DNA of 64,000 nt. Origin: Phyllobates terribilis (lineage: Eukaryota). The notes below the pieces were generated by a model that worked only from the letters and a program-made list of their open reading frames with translations, was not told where the DNA came from and ran no database searches. The stretch is taken from the NCBI RefSeq assembly GCF_046119375.1, contig NW_027362771.1, positions 585,032,001 to 585,096,000 on the forward strand, read 5' to 3'. The position numbers were made by a program, and so were the translations under genes. Shown here piece after piece: positions 26,472 to 53,159 of the stretch (position 1 is the stretch's first letter; each line of letters opens with the position of its first letter).

Positions 26472-27059
26472 GGGCCCGCGCCTTCTAAACTGCCTGGGGC
26501 CCTTGCTACTCTTAATCCACCCCTGGTCAGTGGGCCCCATCCCGCACGGGCCCGGTCGCAGTCACACCCTCAATTTACAATGTTGCAAAGGGTCAATGTC
26601 GCAGTTCATATAACATCCAGTTAGGATATAATGCCACATTAAAATTCCTACTCACAATACACAATATAATTAACCTTAATATATAATCTAATTATAGCAC
26701 CACTAGTTATAATCATTTACACTTCGCCAGCCTTAGTTCAATTATTCACAGAAATACTTTCAATGAAATTATAGCGCTACCCAATAATTATAATACTTAT
26801 AATACCGTCACTGCTTACTGTAAAGGAAAATCGTATCCCAATAGTTAACCGGGAATCAATTTTACTCTCTTCCAATCCCAATAAGAATTCTTGGTTAGGA
26901 ATAGGGACAATTTTAACTATAAGTATTTTAATGATTATAATAAAAATTAAATTTTTATATTATTTATTCACATGTCTACCCCTTTCTTTAATTTTCTCTT
27001 TACAATCAGTTTATTTGGTGGTGTAAACTACATGTGAATATAGATATGAGAGGGTGGTA

Positions 27060-27900
27060 CTTGTAATTGCCCCTATAAGTACATTAGGACTAGAACACCT
27101 GAAGGACGCCCTCTAAAAACAATTGCACTAGAGTACCTGAGGAACGTCCCCCCCCCTTCAAGAACAATCTATCTAGAACAGCTGAGGGACTACTCCCTAA
27201 AAACAATTGAGCTAGAACATTTGTGGATGACCCCTAAGAACAAGAGGATGTCCCTACAATTACTTTAGAGCTAGAACACCTGAGGACGTCCCATTTTAGG
27301 ACACTCACGTTAGAACGCCTGAGGAACTCAGGTGTTCTAGCTAAGGACACTTGAGCTAGAACACCTGAAAGGACCTCCTCTAAGGGCACCCCCTCTATGG
27401 ACTCTGAACTACACTAGAACCTCTGAGACAACCCCCTCTAAGTATACACATGTTATATCACCTGAAAAGGCCCTCCTAAAAAAAACACAATTATAATATA
27501 CATCTGAGGAGGCCCCTGTAAAGACCCCTGCACTAGAATACCTGAGAAAGCCCCCTCTATAGACACTTGCACTAAAATAACTGAAAAAGTCCCCTCTATA
27601 GACACTTTTGCTAAAATACCTGAGAAAGCCCCCTATGAGGGCATAGCAGAATACCTAATGAGGCCCCCCTCCAAGAACACTCACACTAAAACAGCATGGA
27701 GAAGCCCCTCCGATAGACACTTATGCCCCCTTTAAAGATACTCTCGCTAGAACTCCTGAGGAAGCCCCCACTAAGGATACGTGGCATAGAACAGCTGAAG
27801 AGGGCCACTTTAGCGACATGAACGCTAGAACACCTGTGGACACCCCTTCTAAGGATACGAGTACTACAAAACTTGGGGATGTCCCTTCTTAGGACACAGG
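27060..27900. repeat. Degenerate relatives of the 39-bp satellite monomer
   Basis: Recurrent ctagaacacctgaggac...cccctctaag motifs at ~36-40-bp spacing. Confidence 0.7.
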
Positions 27901-28639
27901 AGGCCCTGTGCACACATTGAGTATTTGGGGAGTTTTGTACATCAGTATTGTAAGCCAAAACCAATACTCAACGTGTGAACGTGGCCTTAGATTAAATTGG
28001 TTCCACAACCTTTGGTAACAATGACGACCTTGTAGCCATTTGTGAGCGTCTTGTCCTCGTCTACTGGGAGATTCTCTTGGACCAGGTTAACAGTCCAGCT
28101 TTTCCTTATTAACCCTTCATGTGTATCTCAGGGTGAGTATTCTGCTGTAGGACTTATTTTTTTCCGTTTTCTTAGATTATGGTGCACATTTCACTATAAA
28201 AGGCTATGACGTTCCTCTGGCTTCATTGTTTCTGTAACACATTCAACACCTCCAGTCCCAAAGGCTTCAAAGCAGCCCCACAACAATATGGCCAATATGG
28301 CTGCTCCGTCATGTGTCGCTTTCTTCTATAGGTTCCTCCACAATATGTCTCTATAGGTATGTGGACACTGCAGAGCTCCTTTTTCTGGATTTCTGTGGGG
28401 GTCGCAGCCGTCGGGCCCCCAGGAATCAGTAAGTTATCTTCTATTCATAGGGGATAATTTGATTTTATATCCCTTTAAGGCCAAAAATGTCTCACCACTA
28501 AAGAGTTAAATAATCATGTAGTCTTCACACAAAAAAAAACCATATACCGTAGGGTGATGCGCTCTCATGGTGGGTGATCAGTGAAAATGGGGGCACACAG
28601 CTCCAGAAAAAGAGCAGGAACAGATATCAAATAGCTCAA

Positions 28640-28973
28640 AGGCACAGCCAATCAGAGTCCAGCTCTCAAAATGAAAGTAGCGCTTTTATTGGTCGCCCCC
28701 TCTGTGACATCATCCCACCAGGTTTCCTTTTTTCCAACTGCCCAAAACAAAGATGGCGCCCGCGGACAGTCACGTGCTGTAGCGCAGTTGGCATGGCGGC
28801 ATTTGAAATAGCCCAGGCTAAAGACGGCGGTCGGGAGGGGTCATGGTAAAACTGGCTCCGCCCATTTGAAGGCAGTTTATTGGTTGGTTGTAAGGGTGCA
28901 AATGACGTCATCAGCCCGCGCTCTCTCTCTTTCTGTGTCTCCGCCGCCTGCGAGTCTCCTCCATCTCTGCGAG
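28640..28973 (+). promoter_or_regulatory. TNPO2: TNPO2 promoter / CpG island and probable non-coding exon 1
   Basis: CCAAT boxes (~28648, ~28688, ~28879), AAGATGGCG (YY1-type, ~28750), CACGTG (~28772) and TGACGTCA (~28902). Donor GAG|GTGAGC at 28974 is followed by a GC-rich intron start. Confidence 0.7.
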
Positions 28974-30454
28974 GTGAGCGGCACCGGGGGGGGGGGAAGC
29001 GGAGAGGGAAGGGGTCAGCGGCGGCAGCTGTGGTGGGAGAGGAGAGGGGAGGACCGGCTGCGGGGCCGGGGGGAGAGGAAGAGCAGGCGAGAGCTACAGG
29101 TGGGAGCCGGCCGGGCCGTAGGAGTGATCTGTGGGGAGGGGGAAGCCAGAATGTGATCCAGTGCGGCGGGATCTGCTGACCGAGGGGCATGTGGGGCCGG
29201 GATCTGGCCGGTTCTGAACGCGGTCTACCATTGTTCCACTCTGATAGGATGGAATAAAGATCTGTGAACTTCCCGGACCAATAAAATCTCAGGATCTCCT
29301 GGGGCAGATTGTTGGATCTGGGATCGGCCGGGGCAGTTTGGGGGCGGTGGGATCAGCTGGGGCTGCGAGATCTGGGATCCACCAGAGCAGATCAGATAGG
29401 TCTGGAGGGGTCTGGGGTCCTCCCAGGTAGATCAGGGGTCACCTTGGGGGGCAAAACCCCCGAACCTTTCTAGATTGGATCTAAATCTGATCCTACACGA
29501 GATGATCTGCAGACCTTTGGCTGATTTAAAGGAGTGATCTCAGGATCATTTGATCAGTTGTGCTCCTGACTGACAGATGGGCCGGGGCTGAGCTTCCGGT
29601 CCGCGCTGTGCGCTGTCCGGTGCTGCGGTCAGAGGCGGCCTTCACTCTGCAGCATCAAGGAGTGCGGATCTTCAGCTTCAGAGTAGAAAGCTGTTCTCAT
29701 TGTCTAGGAGACTAGCCGCCTCTGATAGATTGCGGAGGTAGCCGGTAGCCAAGGCAGCAAGCAGTAAATTATAAACTTAAAGATCTCTCCACTCTTTAGA
29801 ACAGAGGATTTTTAGATAAGAGGTAAAAGGTGATTGATTTATGAGAACGTTCCAATTACTCTTTATTACGATGCGACAACCCCTTTACTAGATGTGATTA
29901 CAGCTGCGTCAGTCTGATGCCGTCGTGGTCCAAAATGTGAGATCAACAGCTGACGCCACTGACCAGGACCTGCCGCCCTGTGTGCAGGGGGAGATCTGTG
30001 ATCTGCAGGGAGAGGAGGAAGCTCCTGACATTTACAGGGAATTTGTCACCAGTGTTTGAAATGTAATCTGAGAACTGTATGTTTGAGGGGCAGAGACTCT
30101 GATTGCAGCGATGTCACTTATTGGGCTAATTGCTGTAGTTTTGATTGAAAACTGCTTTCTTTGCTGCAGATCTCCGAGTTTCCTGAATGCTGAGCCCTTT
30201 ATCACCCCACCCACACCACTGATTGGCTGCTTTCTGTGTACACTGTGCATAGGCTGAAAGTTACCAGTTAGAGATGAGGCGGGGTTATACATAACTCATG
30301 AATATGGAGCACCACATGGCAGCCGGCTTGGTAGTCCTCTATTGATCTAGTAATCTCCTGCTGATAAAACTGTGATTTTATCAAAACTGCAGCAGGCAGC
30401 CTAGTAAGTGGCACATCACTGGAATCGGGGATTCTGCCCCTACATCATGCTGCT

Positions 30455-31082
30455 GCCCCCCCCCCCCTTGTGCCTCTCGCTGGGCCCCCCCCCCCCTTGT
30501 GCCTCTCGCTGGGCCCCCCCCCCCTTGTGCCTCTCGCTGGGCCCCCCCCCCTTGTGCCTCTCGCTGGGCCCCCCCCCCCTTGTGCCTCTCGCTGGGCCCC
30601 CCCCCCCCCCCTTGTGCCTCTCGCTGGGCCCCCCCCCCTTGTGCCTCTCGCTGGGCCCCCCCCCCCCTTGTGCCTCTCGCTGGGCCCCCCCCCCCTTGTG
30701 CCTCTCGCTGGGCCCCCCCCCTTGTGCCTCTCGCTGGGCCCCCCCCCCTTGTGCCTCTCGCTGGGCCCCCCCCCCCTTGTGCCTCTCGCTGGGCCCCCCC
30801 CCCTTGTGCCTCTCGCTGGCCCCCCCCCCTTGTGCCTCTCGCTGGCCCCCCCCCCCCCCTTGTGCCTCTCGCTGGCCCCCCCCCCTCGTGCCTCTCGCTG
30901 GCCCCCCCCCCTCGTGCCTCTCGCTGGCCCCCCCCCTCGTGCCTCTCGCTGGCCCCCCCCCCCCCTCGTGCCTCTCGCTGGCCCCCCCCCCCCTCGTGCC
31001 TCTCGCTGGCCCCCCCCCCCTCGTGCCTCTCGCTGGCCCCCCCCCCCCCCCCCTCGTGCCTCTTGCTGGGCCCCCCCCCCCA
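30455..31082. repeat. Minisatellite (gtgcctctcgctgg + C7-C13 run); G-run-rich on the minus strand
   Basis: Direct reading, ~23 units, in the TNPO2 5' intron. Confidence 0.93.
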
Positions 31083-31540
31083 ATCATCTCGCCGTGTGCC
31101 GCCATCCCCCGACCTCATCTGTTGGGGGCCAGTTGGAGGGTGACCACACATCAGAGTATCGGTGGGTTTAGCCGACACCAGTCTGCATGGGGGGGGGCGG
31201 TTTTAGGTCCCTCCATACACATTAGCTGAACCCACCAATTTGAGCAGGACTGACCCTTCACTCCATGGGTTTAGGCGTCTTGACTCTTCCCAAGTGGATT
31301 GGGGAAGGAGGGGGGGATTTCCCCATGTTCAGCACTTGTCAGGTGGGCTCCTCTCCCTATAGAGAATACGTTTACACCCTGCCTCGCTGATCATAAATGT
31401 GTATGGGGGTCAGCTGAGGCGGCTGTCGGCCAAATGAGCCGAGCTCTGTCTCGTATCCTGCGGTGGTCTCCTAATGGGCAGGAGCTGGGGGGCCGATACC
31501 AGGATTGGGCCCAGGGGGACAGTGACCACACGTCTATGTG

Positions 31541-31610
31541 AGACCCCTGGAGATGATGCACATCCTGGGCACCATGATGTCTCTAGCTCATACTGTCTGA
31601 TCGAGGGTCT
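31541..31610 (+). ncRNA. SNORD41: SNORD41-like C/D snoRNA, variant copy with a shortened guide
   Basis: Stem agaccc/gggtct, C box ATGATGC (31553), D box CTGA (31597). The guide keeps TCATACTG but not the full GTATTCATACTG. Confidence 0.6.
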
Positions 31611-31978
31611 CCCAGCGCCACAATCTACAGATTCAGGGGTGGAAACCATACGGTCCTTCAGCAGCACAGAGTATTTCAGAAGAAGCCTGTGCTGATCTTG
31701 TGATCCGAATACTTACATAGTTGACAGAAGCTGCCGGGGAAGAACAGAGTCTCCGGAGACGTCCGTACTGATCTCGTGTGGCTCTGCAGCACAGAGGACT
31801 TCAGGAGATGATGGGCTCTTCCTGCAGTACAGACATGGAGCTGTTTATGCTGCTGGCTGTTATGTGTTCTATTTACAATACAGCAGTGCCCACGGCAGGC
31901 GGAGGGGCAGTACTGCATGGCTGAGTATTGCTGATGCTGTTTCCCTTCTGTGTCTTCTTGCAGCCTGTGATTGTGACG

Positions 31979-46119
<14,141 letters not shown>

Positions 46120-46158
46120 CGTGATCATGGGCAAATCTACACACACCCAGCGTGGGAG

Positions 46159-46239
46159 GTAACGGGCGGAGGGTCTGCTGCGGGTGGGGAGGGGTCAGGA
46201 ATAAGCTGTGCTTATATTGTCCTCCTTCTCTTCCTCCAG
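46159..46239 (+). other. TNPO2: TNPO2 3'UTR intron (81 nt)
   Basis: Donor GAG|GTAACG 39 nt after the stop codon. A pyrimidine tract precedes CCAG| at 46239. Confidence 0.7.
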
Positions 46240-48635
46240 GTTCCTGTTAGGTCCATGAGGTCATTGGGATTGGTGTCCTACACCCCACACATCAGTCTTT
46301 AGCGGGGTTTCAGGGAACAGTGTCCTGGGTCAGCGACATCCCTCCATTCCAGACTCCTTCCACCCGACTCCCAAGACACCTCAGCGGAGAACAGCAGGAT
46401 GCAAACACTACGCCACCCTCCCGCCATCGGAGATCTTCTTTTTTTTTTATTTTTTATTTTCTAGTAACAGAGCATGATGGGGGGAGTTGTCTTAGGATTG
46501 AGATGTTAACCCTTGTAGGGTGGGGGGTGGAGGAGCTGGTCCCACGTCAGGGCAGGAGGGTTAGACTATAGAGCGGGAGGGAGGAAGGGGATCTACGGCA
46601 ATAGGCAGATCGGAGCAGGTTAGGGGTCAAACATTAATAATGTCAGAAAAAGCAGAATCCAATCACAGCAGAATAGGGTTGTAACCACAGACTGGAAGGT
46701 CGGACATCACCACCAGGCCCAGGCTCGGCCGGAGGAAGAGATCGCATCGTCATCAGCTTGTGAACTTATTTTTATTATTATTTCTTTGCGTCTTACTACT
46801 TTTTGCTCCCTTGCTAATTTGCACAAGAGGTAAATGGTTCACTACAAGTTCTCAGTTTTCACCAGCCTTTATCAATACGGCAGGAAGAGTCTCAGACGGG
46901 GTTGAGGTTTCCTCACTTATTTTTTATTTTATTTTTTTTATCCTAAATCATGTCCAAGGGGGTGAAAGACTTTGCAGAGTTCAGACTGGCCCTATAAGGG
47001 AACAGGTGGTTGTGTAAAAAGCAAGTAGAGGGAGCCACCTAGTGGGCAAAAAAACAAGTCTAGTTTCCAGTGCAAAGTTCGAACCTTCGTGAGGGTAACG
47101 GCGAAATAATGAATATTTTCTATTATTAATTATATATTAGGCCGGGCGCTGGGACGTGACGTCTCTGCCGGCTGTCGGAGGGGGCTTTAATTTAATGGGC
47201 ATTAGCAATAAGGAGCTTTATGTATCTGGACTTAAAGGCGAGAACAGTAAAGGGTTTCTATGTAGGATTGGACGGCCCCTGCAGTGATCCCTTGCTGCTC
47301 ACACTGCGGCCTTTAGGGGGCAGTGTTTTGCATTCATCATAATTGTGATTAATGGTCACTGCAGCCATTAACACCCCCCCCCCAATAATGGCACTCAGAG
47401 TTTAGCTGTATGGCGCGGTTTAACCCCTACTTGTATATGGGTAGATGCCCTTTATCTGTTAATACTAATTATGCAATGTCGACTCTGGCGCCTCCAGGAC
47501 TTGGTGGTCCATAGGGGTCACTGGTGAGGAGGTGGACGCCACCACCACTAAAAATCTACAGCATTGTGACCAATTTGCCCCTTCCTCAGTGGTTGCAGGG
47601 CATGTCTGATCCTCAACAGGGGGTCCTGCCCGTGAAGGTCTTAAAAATGTGGTAGGGCAGAGCCAGGCAATCTACCCAATCCGTGAGTGCCATGGACCAT
47701 GCATGGTGTATCAGGTCATTCCAAATGGTTCAGGTGGCACAGGTAAGGCGGTGGGCACCATGTCGGCAAGCGGTTCCTCACCCGGTGCAGGGTGCTGTAC
47801 AGCGAACTTGCTATAAAGGCAAAGTCTCCATTTTTTTTTTTTTCCTTTCACCTCCCTGTTGCGTTTAGAGCACGGCGGGAACCAACCCGGATGTGGGAAG
47901 CGTCAGACGGTCTGCGACCAACATTCCAGTTTACATACCGACAGAAAACGTATATATATGTATGCTTTCTTTTGTTGTTTTTATATACATATATAGATTT
48001 ATAGCCATTTCCAGCAGATGAAGACGGAGAAGAAAGGTCCTGAGACTTGACTGACACTGTGAAAAGGGAGACGAGCGTGTAACATGGCTTTAGGCTTAGG
48101 GTGGTCTAGGAAAGGGTTAAACCTGCGGGGAGGTAGAAGGGGGACCGGGGAACATTTTTAATAGGTAGAGCAGGGTTTAGATGGCGTCCTGGTACGTGTC
48201 GTGAAGTGTGCGCTCCTGGGCCGAGGGTTCATTAGCATCCTCCCTTCCTGTTTTGTATAGTAGGGCACACCACTAGGCTCCAGGCGAATTCTGGGACTGT
48301 ATATTGGTATTTGTGATGTAATGTTTCCTATGGTAAAACTGCAGTGTATTTAGTGTAAAGCCGTCTGCTTGCACCTTTGCTCAGATGAGAATTATATTCT
48401 CATTTTATGTATATTTTTTTTTTCATTTTTTTTTTTTTTTCTTTGTTAAACTAAAATGCAGTTTTTTTTTTGTGACTCTACTAGTCTACTGTCCTGTTAT
48501 TTTTATGGGGTGGAGTGTTGGTATCGGTAGTGCTGGTGCACCCATCTCACAGTGTATAGACAACACGATCGAGGGTCGATCCAGAGCCAATGCAGAAATA
48601 TGTAAAAAGAAAAAAATCAAGTTTATTCTATCTTT

Positions 48636-48641
48636 AATAAA
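48636..48641 (+). terminator. Probable TNPO2 polyadenylation signal
   Basis: AATAAA at the end of a ~2.4-kb U-rich 3'UTR-like tract. Confidence 0.6.
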
Positions 48642-50167
48642 ATCACATTAATGACCTGAAAAAAAAAGGGTTAAACACCCAGCCGACGCGTTTCAGGCCC
48701 ATTGCATAGAGCAGCACGTAGTACAAGGTCGACATATAATCCATATGAAAAAGAAAGAACAGCTGCAGTCCGATCTATGGAAAAGCAACATTGACCGTAG
48801 AAAAAAGCGGCTCTCGCCACCTAGAACAAAATAGCTCTTAGCTAAGTCCTTACGGGCGCAGTCAGACACCGTATAGATAGGACCGCAGTGCACGGACTGG
48901 CTGGCGGCTCTCCCGGCCTGAGCGTGACTGCTTCATGTATTTCTACGCAGCTGTCACACTGTAGTCTGGAGAGCAGACTTCCAGTCCGTGCACTGCAGTG
49001 CGATCCTTGTCTGAGACATACGGCTGTCTGATTCATCCCTTAAAATGCAACCTGTAGGGCACACATCACTTTTGGCATTTGGCCCTCTATACTACATGTG
49101 CAGGGATACAATTCATATACCATTTAATATGGTAAACAGAATCATGATTACAACTTTTCCTATTAGGGGTTGTCCAGGCTTGGGGTGCAAGCATTCAGTT
49201 ACTCTGTGACTGCCGACTTGTTAATCCTCACACTGCGCGCGGTCAGGACTCTTTGGTACGGGCAAGCTCGTGACCGCAAGTATGTGATTTGTAGACTTCC
49301 AGCCACGTTACGACTAGATGTGTCCGGCGTCACTCAGTACATCTAGTTGGCATGTGACCGCATATATGCCAATCCCATACTTGCAGGCACACGCCTACCC
49401 ACTCCTTACTCAAGGTTTTGACAAGGTGGGGTCCCGTTCAGTGATCTGATCTGCAGATATTTGAGTCGGGGTGTCGCAGTACTTACAGCACCAGTGAAAG
49501 GGCTGGCTGATCATCTAGGTAGCCAAACCAGCCCCCTTCTCTGAATGCATTTGCCATGACGACAGTGGCTACTGCACCTTTTGGTTCTTGGGTTATGTCT
49601 GAATCCTGGAGGTGAGAAATGAAGATCTGAAAGCTGAGATAATGGATGCGCATAAGTAAGTTGTATTTTTTTGTGTTTTTTTTTTTTTTATTTTTTTTAA
49701 TTTAAGGTTACAGTCACACATTTGTTTCACAGACCAGGTATAGAATGTGATTTTTATACCCTCAGTGGGGTCTCCTGACCTGAACTCGAAATCCCCCTAT
49801 CCTGGGAATAGACCGTAATTTCTGGACTGGCCACTGTTTTCCTGACCTAACCTCGCCAGCCTCGTGGATGTGGCTGCAGCTGGCAGGGGCTCCGCCGCCA
49901 GTCCGGCATCATGGGCCATAAAACATGGGCCTATGAGTGCCCTAAATATACAACAAATTTATGCCCAACATATAGTAACTTGTATTATTGCAGAATGAGT
50001 GTAAAGGTAAATGACATGGCGGTATAATTTATGAAAAAAATAACATTCGGAAATAGTTCTGTCCAATTGGCGTTACTTTAACATAAAAGGGGCAACAGAA
50101 TCCCTGCCTGGGGTGGTGAGCACGTGTGGACAGAGCCAACCTTGGGTAATGGAGATTCCCTGGACTA

Positions 50168-51428
50168 GGCATGGTGGAGCAGGAGCTACTGGCCATGAAG
50201 AAGAACTAGGTATGGCAGAGAAGTGACTACTGGGCATGAAGAAGGACTTAGGCATGGTGGAGCAGTGACTACCGGCCATGAAAAAGAACTAGGCATGGTG
50301 GAGCAGTGACTACTGGCCATGACGGAGCAGTGACTACTGGCCATGAAGAAGGACAGGGCATGACGCAGCAGTGACTACCGGTCATGAAGAAGGATTAGGC
50401 ATGGTGGAGCAGTGACTACCGGCCATGAAGAAGGACTAGGCATGGTGGAGCATTGACTCCTGGCCATGAAGAAGGACTAGGCATGGCGAAGCAGTGACTA
50501 CCGGCCATGAAAAAGGACTAGGCATGCTGGAGCAGTGCCTACTGGCCATGAAGAAGGACTGGGCATGACGCAGCAGTGACTACTGGTCATGAAGAAGGAT
50601 TAGGCATGGTGGAGCAGTGACTACCGGCCATGAAGAAGGACTGGGCATGACGGAGCAGTGACTACTGGCCATGAAGAAGGACTGGGCATGACGGAGCAGT
50701 GACTACTGGCCATGAAGAAGGACTGGGCATGACGGAGCAGTGACTATTGGCCATGACGGAGCAGTGACTACTGGCCATGAAGAAGGACAGGGCATGACGC
50801 AGCAGTGACTACCGGTCATGAAGAAGGATTAGGCATGGTGGAGCAGTGACTACCGGCCATGAAGAAGGACTAGGCATGGTGGAGCATTGACTCCTGGCCA
50901 TGAAGAAGGACTAGGCATGGCGAAGCAGTGACTACCGGCCATGAAAAAGGACTAGGCATGCTGGAGCAGTGCCTACTGGCCATGAAGAAGGACTGGGCAT
51001 GACGCAGCAGTGACTACTGGTCATGAAGAAGGATTAGGCATGGTGGAGCAGTGACTACCGGCCATGAAGAAGGACTGGGCATGACGAAGCAGTGACTACT
51101 GGGCATGACGGAGCAGTGACTACTGGCCATGAAGAAGGACTGGGCATGACACAGCAGTGACTACCGGCCATGAAGGAGGACTGGGCATGACGGAGCAGTG
51201 ACTACTGGCCATGAAGAAGGACTGGGCATGACGGAGCAGTGACTACTGGCCATGAAGAAGGATTAGGCATGGTGGAGCAGTGACTACCGGCCATGAAGAA
51301 GGACTAGGCATGGCGAAGCAGTGACTATTGGCCATGAAAAAGGACTAGACATGGTGGAGGAGTGACTACCGGTCATGAAGAAGGACTAGGCATGATGGAA
51401 CAGTGACTACCGGCCATGAAGGACTAGG
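50168..51428. repeat. 41-bp tandem array (~30 units) with a 434-bp higher-order duplication
   Basis: Unit gaagaaggactaggcatggtggagcagtgactaccggccat. The diagnostic variant ggacagggcatgacgcagc occurs at 50351 and 50785. Confidence 0.93.
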
Positions 51429-52099
51429 TTGCTGCATAGAAGATCTGCACGGCCCAAGATGGGAGCGAATGATCTGCTCCAGCCAGGGACACTGATTATG
51501 ACCTATGGATGATGATCCTTCATGTGGACCAGAATATTCAGTGCTTCATAGATATAGGCAGGGTGGTGTCTATGGCACAGTGGTCTGGTATGTCTCCCAT
51601 GAAATATGAAGTATGTGACCTACATCCCTGAGAAAGTTGTAAAAAGCAGCCATTATATCTACTGCTGTTCTAGGCCCCAGTACAGGAGTACGGACCGGTC
51701 ATAGGTCTAAGCCAAACTCAGCACCCACATATGCTGAGTACAAGCTGCGGAGTTGGGGTCGGGGTCCCTGCGGCCGGTCTGGACATTGCCGTCTGTACTC
51801 AGACCGTGAATGTCGGATGTGTGATACCCTGGCCACATGTTGCCACCGATATGGCTGCTGTAAGTCCAGCTCATTATCTGCAGGCCGATTTGCTGTTTGT
51901 TTATCTCTTAAAAATGATGAATTCGTTTGACAAATCCGTGGCGTAAATATGTGCCAAGTGTGAATTCGGCCTTATGGAGGTGTCTGGGTCCGCCAGCTCG
52001 TAATGTCCTTCATGGCATCTCTGCTGGAGAGTTATTATGTTGTGCCAAGTTTAGGGCCTAAAATCTACAGGTGACAACTCCACATGAGCAGTATAGGGG

Positions 52100-52132
<33 letters not shown>

Positions 52133-52151
52133 TGTATATGTATGTATGTAT

Positions 52152-53058
52152 TGTAAGGCAGCGCTAGTCATCATACTGGGGGTAACTCGCTTCGCTGCGT
52201 CAATCAATGCACACGTGCAATGTCTTTACCTTTTTCACACAGTGTTGCAGTTTATTATGGCACTTCATAAACCGCTGTTCACACACAGTTCATCTTAGTC
52301 CGCCACCGGCAGGTTTACACACAAACAATTCATGAGCCAAGTGGCACACCGGCCCACTTGCTCCAGGGTACAGCTTACGGCAAGGTAATAAAGTAGCAAT
52401 GTTCATATCACAATGTCCATATAGCACCGGGTATTACCTTTGCCAGGTATAGCTGTCTCAGTCCGTTACTCTGCCACCACTGTGGCTCTGCGGCTTCCCA
52501 GGTAGGGGTCTCCAGCCGTCGTTCCCTCAAAGGCCACTGACATCCACACAGGATCCAGGCTCTGCCTTCCAGGAGTCTTACTCAAGCCGGCTCTCCCTCA
52601 AAGGCCACTGACATCCGCACAGGATCCAGGCTCGACCTTTCAGGTACCAGGCTTCACTTCAAAGCCGCTGCCTTCCAAGGCCACTAGCATCCGCACAGGA
52701 TCTAGTCTTTGCCTTCAGGCTGCCAGGCTTCACGGTATCCCGGTATCCCACACACATGGGGAACAGGCCTCACGCCTCTCACACCGAACACACCTGTCTC
52801 AAATTAAGCAGGTTTATATATGCTGTGCACAGACAGCCTCATACTGACAGGACCTTGCTGATGTCACAGTCATGTGATCAGTCAGCTGTGTGTATAGGTC
52901 CTGTGTGCTGTCCCAGTCATGTATACAGAGCTTTACTGTGCATGCAGGACCTGGGTGATGTCACAGTCATGTGACCAGTCAGATAAAGGGGAAGGTACAT
53001 GGTCCAGTAAGCACATCCTGGACCATTTACAGTAATGCTAGCAACCTGCTGCATTACA
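52152..53058 (-). repeat. 3' LTR (907 bp)
   Basis: TG...CA ends. Minus-strand TATATAAA (~52812-52820) and AATAAA (52251-52256). Confidence 0.95.
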
Positions 53059-53076
53059 TATCCCCCCTCTCTGTTC
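53059..53076 (-). other. Polypurine tract
   Basis: Minus strand GAACAGAGAGGGGGGATA immediately precedes the 3' LTR start TGTAATG. Confidence 0.85.
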
Positions 53077-53159
53077 AAACTTGTGGGGTTGAACACATAA
53101 TATACACAATAACATTATAACCCCCAGCTCACATATAGACCATGAACTTTACAATTGTG

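Noticed and set aside
30381-31229. Multiple Pro/Gly-rich ORFs on both strands
   Set aside because: Translations of the C-run minisatellite in a TNPO2 intron.
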